Shown here piece by piece: positions 8,541 to 16,149 of a stretch of DNA of 31,450 nucleotides. Under the pieces are notes generated by a model. It worked only from the letters and a program-made list of their open reading frames with translations. It did no database searches and had not been told where the DNA came from. Each line of letters begins with the position of its first letter. Position 1 is the first letter of the stretch. The DNA comes from a virus. Taxonomy: Duplodnaviria > Caudoviricetes. A program made the translations under genes and the position numbers. The stretch lies in the IMG/VR virus record IMGVR_UViG_3300017774_005258, positions 1 to 31,450 of that record; one strand, given 5' to 3'.

Positions 8541-9575
8541 ATGGGTTTACCAAGTAAAATAAAAAAAAACTTACCACTAACAGAATCCAAAACTCTTTTA
8601 CCAAGAAGACACGAGTTGTTAGACAAAATCAATAAAGACGGAACTTTTCTTCCAAAATCTTTATTGCACGCAGATTTGGATAGAGGTTTTTTAGATTTTG
8701 TTAGAGATGATTTAAAAGTGGTTGTTGAAGGTAAAACTATCCCAACTGTTGATATTTTAGTTACAACTCAGAATTGGGCTCAATTCACAGAAACTTGGAA
8801 TTTTCAAAATATAGACAAAAATGTTGAACCTCCTTTTATAACGGTAATTAGGGTTCCGGAAGTCAAATATGGTACTAACCCTGCTCTTTTATATAATATC
8901 CCAAACCGAAAACAATATTTTTATGCTCAGGTTCCAACTTGGGATGGTCAAAGAAATGGTATGGATATTTATACAATACCACAACCAGTTCCGGTGGATA
9001 TTACTTATTCTGTTAAAATTATTTGTAATAGAATGAGAGAGTTAAATAAACTTAATCAAATCATTTTAGAAAAATTCGCTTCAAAACAAGCTTATGCCGT
9101 GATTAAAGGACACTATATTCCTATTGTTATGGGTAATATTACCGATGAGTCCGTTATGGATGTTGAGAAAAGGAAATATTATATTCAAACATACGAATTT
9201 ACTATGTTAGGGTTTTTAATTGATGAAGATGAGTTTGAGGTTGCTCCGGCAATAACAAGAGTTTTACAAGTTGTTGAAATAGATAAAAAAACAACAAGAC
9301 GTGGTAAGAGAAAAAAAGACGAAGAGGGTGTTGGAAGTCAAGCATTATTTATTGTTGGTAATAACACATTAACACAATTATTTAGTTATATTGTTGATAT
9401 TAAAATTGGTGGAATAACAAATGTTGAATCATTTGATGTGTATATCAATGATGATTACTATGGGTCTGATTTAGAGTTAATACAAATTAACTCCGGTGAT
9501 GTTTTAAAATTGGATGTTGTTAAAACTGATAACCAATTAGAATCAACAATTCAATTCATAGATAAGATACTTTAA
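8541..9575 (+). CDS. Tail terminator / tail completion protein (gp15-like)
   Basis: 'IPQPVPVDITYSVKI...ELNKLNQII...F' pattern, position just before the sheath gene, and TATTTATA at 8520-8527. Confidence 0.7.
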   Translation: MGLPSKIKKNLPLTESKTLLPRRHELLDKINKDGTFLPKSLLHADLDRGFLDFVRDDLKVVVEGKTIPTVDILVTTQNWAQFTETWNFQNIDKNVEPPFITVIRVPEVKYGTNPALLYNIPNRKQYFYAQVPTWDGQRNGMDIYTIPQPVPVDITYSVKIICNRMRELNKLNQIILEKFASKQAYAVIKGHYIPIVMGNITDESVMDVEKRKYYIQTYEFTMLGFLIDEDEFEVAPAITRVLQVVEIDKKTTRRGKRKKDEEGVGSQALFIVGNNTLTQLFSYIVDIKIGGITNVESFDVYINDDYYGSDLELIQINSGDVLKLDVVKTDNQLESTIQFIDKIL

Positions 9576-9736
9576 TCTTCACCATAAACATCTTTTGATG
9601 GTTTACATTTTTCAATAATCAATCGTTCCAAAAAACGATACATCTTTATACCCCTCTTTTCGCAGTAGGCTTTAAGAATCTCGTGTGTCTCCACCGATAT
9701 CTTTAAATTTTTAATCTTTTTGATGTCTTCATCCAT
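9572..9736 (-). CDS. 54-aa ribbon-helix-helix (CopG/Arc-like) DNA-binding protein, absent from the ORF track
   Basis: Manual translation MDEDIKKIKNLKISVETHEILKAYCEKRGIKMYRFLERLIIEKCKPSKDVYGED shows an alternating beta strand (KNLKIS), helix, G turn and second helix. Its stop overlaps the gp15-like stop. Confidence 0.8.
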   Translation of the reverse strand: MDEDIKKIKNLKISVETHEILKAYCEKRGIKMYRFLERLIIEKCKPSKDVYGED

Positions 9737-9771
9737 AAGTAGAAAAAAGGCAGAAAATAATCTCCCTAAAA

Positions 9772-9823
9772 TATAAATAGTTTTTATAAAGTAAAGTTTT
9801 TTGTTTTTTTCTAAATATTTATC
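9772..9823. promoter_or_regulatory. Back-to-back putative late promoters (minus 9779-9772 TATTTATA; plus 9816-9823 TATTTATC)
   Basis: Motifs read directly from the sequence; each points toward its adjacent gene (RHH, sheath). Confidence 0.5.
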
Positions 9824-9854
9824 AATAAAATAAATTTATAAACAAAACAAACTA

Positions 9855-12800
9855 ATGGCAACAAACAGTAAAGTATTCGTATCTCCCGGGGTATATACTT
9901 CAGAAGTTGATTTAAGTTTCGTAGCACAAAGTGTTGGTGTAACAACATTAGGTATTGTTGGTGAGACACTTAAAGGTCCAGCATTCGAACCTATCTTTAT
10001 ACGAAATTTTGATGAATTTACTAACTTCTTTGGGGGAACATCTCCTGAGAAGTTTATTAATACACAAATACCGAAGTATGAAGCTTCGTATATTGCAAAA
10101 GCTTATTTACAACAATCTAATCAATTATTTGTGACAAGAATATTAGGTTTGTCAGGATATGATGCGGGACCATCTTGGTCATTAACAACTAAAGCAAATG
10201 TTGATTGTACAACTATCAAATTTAAATGTTTGAGTTCAACAACAGTTAATTGTGACTTAGATTGTGTTTTATTCGAAACAATCCCTTTTTCAATTCCTTT
10301 TACAGGTTGTACTTTTTCAAATAATGGTGTTAAAACAAACACTGTCGGTATTACTAATAGTTCATTAATTCCTTCTCAAATTTCAGGTAAAATAAATTCT
10401 CAGTTTGAAATGTTCGATGGAAGTACTTCAACAATTAATTTATTTTTAAACAATCAAATGTCTGATGTTGTTGGGAATACAATTACTTCGGGTTCTTCGA
10501 TTTATTATTATGGTACAATTCCTACAGAAGATTATAATGTATTGGTGAATGACGGTTATTCAGCATTTACAAATGTTTATGAGGTGGATAATGTATGTTC
10601 TGATTTAGCTAACTATTGTACTCCCCAAAATGACCCATGGTATTATTCTTTATTTGATAACATCGGAGGTGGAGAATATTCTGGTAGTTCTTTTTATACA
10701 ACTATTAAAGATTTAGCAACAATTGACACATTATCAACTTGTGCCTCTTTTTATTCATTATCTGTTAGTTCATCAACTGTTTCGACTACTTTTGGTAATA
10801 TAAATTATAATACAAGAACAATTAATGTCGTATTACCTTCTACTACACCAACTTCAGGATTAACATCCTTGACTGTTATGTATAGTGCTTGTACAACGGG
10901 TGTTACAATTAGTGGGGTACAACAACAAAGTTCGGGAACAACTCAAAACTTCTCAGCGGGAACTAAACCATATGTCTTAATACCTCAAATGGGGGACTCA
11001 TTACCTTGGACGGTAAATGTTACAATTGATAATCCTTGTAATCCAACAATTTCAGGTAATACAGGTAATAATAATACCGGAGGAATTCAAGTTTGTTATT
11101 CAGGTAATTTGGAGGGGGTTTTATATGTGTTTGATGGTTTATCTTATACTGATTTTGATGATTTAGTAGTAGCTACTTTACGTTCAAGAGGTATTGCGAC
11201 TTATGGGACTAATAGTGATGGACCTCTTTATCAAGTATCAGGTTTAACTGATGTTACTTTAGATTGTACCTCATCCACATATTCTAATTTGTTAAAAAAT
11301 CCATATTCAAAATTTGGTATTAATGTAACCGATTACGAAGGGAATACTTTTTCTTTTGAAACGTCTTTATCAGAATCTGATTCTAAATATCTTTCAAAAG
11401 TATTTGGTTCCTCAAACTTTGGGAAACCAAGAACAACGGTTCCTTTGTTTGTTGAAGAAAAATTTCAAACATTACTTAATTACGGATATAATAAAGGTTA
11501 TATTAGAGGATTAAGTTGTGATTTAGTTGCTCTTCCAAGAGCGGCGGGAGAAAATTCTGACCCATCATCTTTAGGTTATTACTTAGAAAAGTATCAAACT
11601 CCGGTTTCTCCGTGGATTGTTTCAGAACTTAGAGGTAATAAAGTGTTTAATTTGTTTAGATTCATTACTATTTCAGATGGTAACGGTGCAAATGTTGAAG
11701 TTAAAATATCAATTGCTAATATGACATTTAATAATTTAACTTTTGACATTTTAGTTAGAGATTTCTTTGATACTGATAACAATCCTGTAGTAATTGAGAA
11801 ATTTACAAATTGTTCTATGGACCCTAATGATAATTCATTTATTGCGAAAAAAATAGGTACTAGTGACGGGGAATATGAGTTGAATTCAAAATACATTATG
11901 GTGGAAATGAATGAAGATGCTCCGATTGACACTTTACCTTGTGGTTTTCAAGGTTTCAAAATTAGACAATATGGGTCATCAAAACCTCCATTTCCAATTT
12001 ATAAAACTAAATATGATTTTCCTGGTGAAGTAATTTTTGACCCACCATTTGGATTAAGGTCAGGTGCTAATGACTCTGTATTGAGTGCGGGCGATAATGT
12101 TCGTAGAACCTACTTAGGAATTTCAACAGGAAATGGTGCTGGTTATGATGTTGATTTCTTTCAATATAAAGGAAAACAAAGACCGTTAAATTTGTGTATT
12201 GATAGTGACGTATCTGATTGGGCAATTTTAACAAAAGGTTTCCATATGGATGAAGGAGCTAATAACATACTAATTTCAAACTCATATACAACAAGTGGAA
12301 CACCGTCTTATTATGTTGGTGATGCAACATTTACTTCTGACCCAACAAGTGAATCAAGTCCTTATTATAGAATATACTCACGTAAATTCACATTATTAGT
12401 ACAAGGTGGTTTTGATGGTTGGGACATCTATAGAGAATCAAGAAGTAACACTGATACATTTAAATTAGGTAGAAGAGGTTTCTTAAATGGTAGTTGTCCG
12501 GACTCTATTAAATATCCTACAGCGACCGGTTGGGGTGCTTTCAAACAAATCACAGTTGGTAACAATAGTGTTGATTTTGGTAATTCTGATTATTACGCTT
12601 ATTTATTGGGTCAACAAACATTCTCAAATCCTGAAGCGGTTAATATTAACTTATTTGTAACACCTGGTATTGATTATGTTAATAATTCTGACTTAGTAGA
12701 ATCAGCAATTGAAATGATAGAGTTTAACAGAGCAGATTCATTATATATTTGTACGACACCGGATAGTGACTTATTTATTCCAAGTCCTGACCCAAGTGCG

Positions 12801-13472
12801 TTAATCTACCCACAAGAGGCGGTAAATAATTTAGAAGAAACGGGTATTGATTCTAACTATACGGCAACTTATTATCCTTGGGTGTTAACAAGAGATAGTG
12901 TAAATAATACACAAATCTACTTACCACCAACAGCGGAGGTTATGAGAAACTTAGCATTAACCGATAACATCGCATTCCCTTGGTTCGCGGCGGCAGGTTA
13001 TACAAGAGGTATTGTAAATGCAATCAAAGCGAGAAAGAAACTTACTCAAGAAGATAGAGATACTCTTTACCAAGGTCGTCTTAATCCAATAGCAACATTT
13101 GCTGATGTTGGAACAGTAATTTGGGGTAATAAAACTCTACAAATTGCTCAATCAGCACTTGATAGAATAAATGTTAGAAGATTATTACTTCAAGCTCGTA
13201 AATTGATTTCGGCAGTATCTGTAAGATTATTGTTTGAACAAAACGACCAAAAAGTAAGACAAGATTTCTTAGATGCTGTTAATCCTATCTTAGATGCTAT
13301 CAGAAGAGATAGAGGTTTATATGACTTCCGTGTAACAGTTTCGTCTGACGCAGCTGATTTAGACAGAAATCAAATGACAGGTAAGATTTATATCAAACCA
13401 ACTAAATCATTAGAATTTATAGACATTACGTTCTATATTACTCCGGCGGGAGCTTCTTTTGAGAATATATAA
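9855..13472 (+). CDS. gp18: Contractile tail sheath protein with large insertions
   Basis: N-terminal 'FVSPGVYTSEVD...GETLKGPAFEP'; C-terminal 'YYPW...PWFAAAGYTRG...LNPIA...WGNKTL...LDRINVRRLL...LLFEQND...IKPTKSLEFIDITF'. Confidence 0.96.
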   Translation: MATNSKVFVSPGVYTSEVDLSFVAQSVGVTTLGIVGETLKGPAFEPIFIRNFDEFTNFFGGTSPEKFINTQIPKYEASYIAKAYLQQSNQLFVTRILGLSGYDAGPSWSLTTKANVDCTTIKFKCLSSTTVNCDLDCVLFETIPFSIPFTGCTFSNNGVKTNTVGITNSSLIPSQISGKINSQFEMFDGSTSTINLFLNNQMSDVVGNTITSGSSIYYYGTIPTEDYNVLVNDGYSAFTNVYEVDNVCSDLANYCTPQNDPWYYSLFDNIGGGEYSGSSFYTTIKDLATIDTLSTCASFYSLSVSSSTVSTTFGNINYNTRTINVVLPSTTPTSGLTSLTVMYSACTTGVTISGVQQQSSGTTQNFSAGTKPYVLIPQMGDSLPWTVNVTIDNPCNPTISGNTGNNNTGGIQVCYSGNLEGVLYVFDGLSYTDFDDLVVATLRSRGIATYGTNSDGPLYQVSGLTDVTLDCTSSTYSNLLKNPYSKFGINVTDYEGNTFSFETSLSESDSKYLSKVFGSSNFGKPRTTVPLFVEEKFQTLLNYGYNKGYIRGLSCDLVALPRAAGENSDPSSLGYYLEKYQTPVSPWIVSELRGNKVFNLFRFITISDGNGANVEVKISIANMTFNNLTFDILVRDFFDTDNNPVVIEKFTNCSMDPNDNSFIAKKIGTSDGEYELNSKYIMVEMNEDAPIDTLPCGFQGFKIRQYGSSKPPFPIYKTKYDFPGEVIFDPPFGLRSGANDSVLSAGDNVRRTYLGISTGNGAGYDVDFFQYKGKQRPLNLCIDSDVSDWAILTKGFHMDEGANNILISNSYTTSGTPSYYVGDATFTSDPTSESSPYYRIYSRKFTLLVQGGFDGWDIYRESRSNTDTFKLGRRGFLNGSCPDSIKYPTATGWGAFKQITVGNNSVDFGNSDYYAYLLGQQTFSNPEAVNINLFVTPGIDYVNNSDLVESAIEMIEFNRADSLYICTTPDSDLFIPSPDPSALIYPQEAVNNLEETGIDSNYTATYYPWVLTRDSVNNTQIYLPPTAEVMRNLALTDNIAFPWFAAAGYTRGIVNAIKARKKLTQEDRDTLYQGRLNPIATFADVGTVIWGNKTLQIAQSALDRINVRRLLLQARKLISAVSVRLLFEQNDQKVRQDFLDAVNPILDAIRRDRGLYDFRVTVSSDAADLDRNQMTGKIYIKPTKSLEFIDITFYITPAGASFENI

Positions 13473-13479
13473 TAAATAA

Positions 13480-13512
13480 AATTATGGCCCATTGTAATAG
13501 TGGGTCATAATT
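13480..13512 (+). terminator. Stem-loop after the sheath gene (terminator or mRNA-stabilising hairpin)
   Basis: AATTATGGCCCATT / AGTGGGTCATAATT pair with two G-U pairs. There is no strong U-tract on the + strand. Confidence 0.55.
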
Positions 13513-13530
13513 CAGCCTTAATATAAAATT

Positions 13531-14349
13531 ATGTTAAAAAATAAAATAGTTGAAGGGATTGATGAGTTTGGTGCTCCTGATGAAAAATATTATGCGTTTG
13601 ATTGGGATGATAACATAGTATCGATGCCAACCAAAATCATATTAAAAGATGAAGATGGTGATGAGGTAGGAATGTCAACAGAAGATTTTGCAACTTATAG
13701 AGAAGAAATAGGTAAAGAACCTATTGAGGTTGAAGGACACACGATAGTAGGATTTGCTGAAGATGCTTATAAATGGTTTGGTGTTAAAGGTGATAAACAA
13801 TTTATTGTCGATGCTATGATGGCTAAACCGGGACCGGCTTGGCCTGATTTTGTAGAAGCTATAAATAATGGTTCAATATTTTCAATTGTTACAGCTAGAG
13901 GACATACACCTTCAGTATTAAAAGAAGGTGTTTATAACTATATTGTTTCAAATACGAATGGTATAGATTCTAATGAATTGGTTAGAAATTTAGAAAAATA
14001 TCGTGATTTAGCGGATGAAGAAAATGTATCTAAAAGAGAAATGATACGAGAATATTTAGATTTATGTAGATTTTATCCTGTTACTTATGGTGAAGGTTCG
14101 GCAACAAATCCGGAACAAGGTAAAATCAAAGCTTTAAATGAATTTGTCAAATATGTTAAGGAAATGTCTGATTATATTCAGAAAAAAGCTTACTTAAAAA
14201 ATAAGATAAGTAATTATTTTGTTCCAAAAATAGGTTTTTCAGATGACGACTTAAAAAATGTGGAAGTTGTTAAAAAACATTTTGAAAAAGACCCAGAGAA
14301 TATAATTAAAACATATTCAACATCAGGAGGAATTAAAAAAGAATATTAA
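13531..14349 (+). CDS. HAD-superfamily phosphatase-like protein
   Basis: Motif I YAFDWDDNI, motif II SIVTARG, conserved Lys (QGKIKAL), motif IV IGFSDDDLKN. Confidence 0.75.
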   Translation: MLKNKIVEGIDEFGAPDEKYYAFDWDDNIVSMPTKIILKDEDGDEVGMSTEDFATYREEIGKEPIEVEGHTIVGFAEDAYKWFGVKGDKQFIVDAMMAKPGPAWPDFVEAINNGSIFSIVTARGHTPSVLKEGVYNYIVSNTNGIDSNELVRNLEKYRDLADEENVSKREMIREYLDLCRFYPVTYGEGSATNPEQGKIKALNEFVKYVKEMSDYIQKKAYLKNKISNYFVPKIGFSDDDLKNVEVVKKHFEKDPENIIKTYSTSGGIKKEY

Positions 14350-14508
14350 AATAATTATTATAAATAAAAACTATTAAATAATTAATTATAATAACTAGGA
14401 TTTCTAGAATTATAAAAAATTTAAATCTAAAAGTCAAGAGAAAAAAATTAAATAGGTAATATTTATAATAAACAAGATAAAAAAATAAAAATTAAAAACA
14501 AATAGACA

Positions 14509-14997
14509 ATGGCCGATTTATTAATGAAAATGCCCATACCGTATGAACCAAAAAGAAATAATCGTTTTATTGTGCGATTTCCATCTTCATTAGGTATTAA
14601 TGAGTGGTTTGTTGAAGCGGCAGCTAGACCTCATATTACAATAAACGCGGTAGAAATACCTTTTTTAAATACCTCAACATATGTGGCAGGTCGTTTTACT
14701 TGGGGTAAACTAAATGTTACTTTTAGAGACCCAATTGGACCATCGGCATCACAAGCTCTTATGGAATGGGTTCGTTTATGTGCCGAGTCTGTTACAGGTA
14801 GAATGGGATATGCTGCGGGATATAAAAAGAATGTTGACCTTGAGATGTTAGACCCAACAGGTGTAGTTGTTGAAAAATGGATATTCGAAGGAACATTTTT
14901 AGACGATGTCAATTTCAATACTTTAGGTTACTCAGACGATAAGTTAGCAACAATCTCAGCTTCATTACGAATGGATAGATGTATACTCGTTTACTAA
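14509..14997 (+). CDS. gp19: Tail tube protein (gp19-like)
   Basis: 'YEPKRNNRF...ARPHI...YVAGR.TW..LNVTFRDPI...LMEW...YKK...LEMLDPTG.VVEKW...F..LGY...RMDR'. TATTTATA lies at 14460-14467. Confidence 0.93.
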   Translation: MADLLMKMPIPYEPKRNNRFIVRFPSSLGINEWFVEAAARPHITINAVEIPFLNTSTYVAGRFTWGKLNVTFRDPIGPSASQALMEWVRLCAESVTGRMGYAAGYKKNVDLEMLDPTGVVVEKWIFEGTFLDDVNFNTLGYSDDKLATISASLRMDRCILVY

Positions 14998-15021
14998 TTT
15001 TTTAACATACCCTTTACATTC

Positions 15022-15077
15022 AAAAGTAAAATCCATATATATATCGTATAACACGGTAATGTATGGATTTTACTTTT
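15022..15077 (+). promoter_or_regulatory. Long RNA hairpin (19-bp + 6-bp stems) that sequesters ATG 15063; may also act as a terminator
   Basis: AAAAGTAAAATCCATATAT (15022-15040) pairs with ATGTATGGATTTTACTTTT (15059-15077) with one G-U pair; inner stem TATCGT/ACGGTA. Confidence 0.75.
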
Positions 15078-15156
15078 TTCACAACTAATAGTAAATCGGG
15101 ATATAAGACAACAGAAAAATGGTTGTGGAAATATCAGGAGGGAATATATTATTTAA
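15063..15156 (+). pseudogene. Internally deleted endonuclease-like gene remnant (N-terminus joined to C-terminus out of frame)
   Basis: ATG 15063 gives MDFTFFTTNSKSGYKTTEKW...; another frame from 15121 gives GCGNIRREYII*. These resemble the two termini of large phage endonuclease-like mobile ORFs (recalled, not searched). Confidence 0.5.
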
Positions 15157-15207
15157 TGTTTATATAAAAAAAACATTACTTATTATTTATAATAAAAAGA
15201 AAATTAT

Positions 15208-15963
15208 ATGGATACAAATTTAATAAAAGCGGGTACTGAAAATTTTACCCTACCTCACGACATTGTTCAATTACCCTCCGGGGGGATTTTTTATAAATCA
15301 AAAATTAAATCAGTCAAAGTTGGTTATTTAACCGCTAGTGATGAAAATTACTTGATAGGTTCGTCTCGTACTTCTGATAATATTATTTTGACCTTACTAA
15401 GAAATAAACTTTACGAACATTCTTTAAGACCTGAAGAACTTTTAGATGGTGATATTGAAGCTATATTAATATTTTTAAGAAACACTTCTTTTGGACCAGA
15501 ATATAATATTAATTTAACTGACCCTCAGACAAATAAATCATTTACAACAACAATTCTTTTAGACGAATTAAATATTAAAAAAACTGAATTTAAACCGGAT
15601 GAGGATGGAACATTTACAACTAAATTACCAAAATCAGGTGTTACAGTAAAATTAAGACCAACAAATTTGAGTGATACTGTTGATTTGGACAAAATGGAAT
15701 CAGAATACCCACAAGGTAGACAATTTCCTAAAATAACTTTGAAATTATTAAAACACGTAATTGAGGTCGATGGTAATACTGATAGGTCAAAAATAAGTTC
15801 ATTTATTGATACATTACCAATTATGGATTCTAAATACATAAGAACTTTTTTAAGAGACAACCAACCTTCATTGGACCTTAAAAGAACAGCAATCGCCCCA
15901 TCAGGAGAATTGGTATCTTTCGAGATTACCTTTGGGGTGGACTTTTTTCGGCCTTTCTTCTAA
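15208..15963 (+). CDS. gp26-like baseplate hub assembly / tail assembly chaperone
   Basis: 'LPSGG.FY...V.YLTASDENYL...LLDGD..AILIFLRNTSFGPEY...LP.SG..VK...D...I..FI..LP..DS..IR...P...FGVDFF'. It lies between the tube and tape measure genes; TATTTATA at 15184-15191. Confidence 0.8.
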   Translation: MDTNLIKAGTENFTLPHDIVQLPSGGIFYKSKIKSVKVGYLTASDENYLIGSSRTSDNIILTLLRNKLYEHSLRPEELLDGDIEAILIFLRNTSFGPEYNINLTDPQTNKSFTTTILLDELNIKKTEFKPDEDGTFTTKLPKSGVTVKLRPTNLSDTVDLDKMESEYPQGRQFPKITLKLLKHVIEVDGNTDRSKISSFIDTLPIMDSKYIRTFLRDNQPSLDLKRTAIAPSGELVSFEITFGVDFFRPFF

Positions 15964-16108
15964 TCACAGACAATTAATTTTAGAAGAATACTTGTATTTA
16001 ACAAAAACAATAAATTTATCCTATTCTGATTACCAAACGATGCCTACGTATGTCAGAAAATATTTAATAGACCGAACTATTGAATTAAATACTCCAAACA
16101 TGGTGTAA
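15947..16108 (+). CDS. Overlapping +1-frame extension of the chaperone (G-T type), probably reached by frameshift
   Basis: The +1 frame reads FGLSSNHRQLILEEYLYLTKTINLSYSDYQTMPTYVRKYLIDRTIELNTPNMV*. It has no ATG until codon 32 and begins at the GAC TTT TTT CGG run. Confidence 0.7.
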   Translation, partial: FGLSSNHRQLILEEYLYLTKTINLSYSDYQTMPTYVRKYLIDRTIELNTPNMV

Positions 16109-16129
16109 AAACGATGTTTGGAGTATTTA
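16086..16129. repeat. Perfect 16-bp inverted repeat (probable terminator/processing hairpin)
   Basis: TAAATACTCCAAACAT (16086-16101) and ATGTTTGGAGTATTTA (16114-16129) with a 12-nt spacer, followed by TTTAT. Confidence 0.75.
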
Positions 16130-16149
16130 TTTATAAAACCTAATTTAAT

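Noticed and set aside
14350-14508. tRNA, ncRNA or replication origin in the AT-rich spacer before the tube gene
   Set aside because: Only a weak imperfect palindrome around 14386-14415, with no cloverleaf or iterons.
15940-15980. Classical -1 frameshift in the chaperone gene
   Set aside because: The -1 frame stops after 9 codons (TCG GCC TTT CTT CTA ATC ACA GAC AAT TAA).
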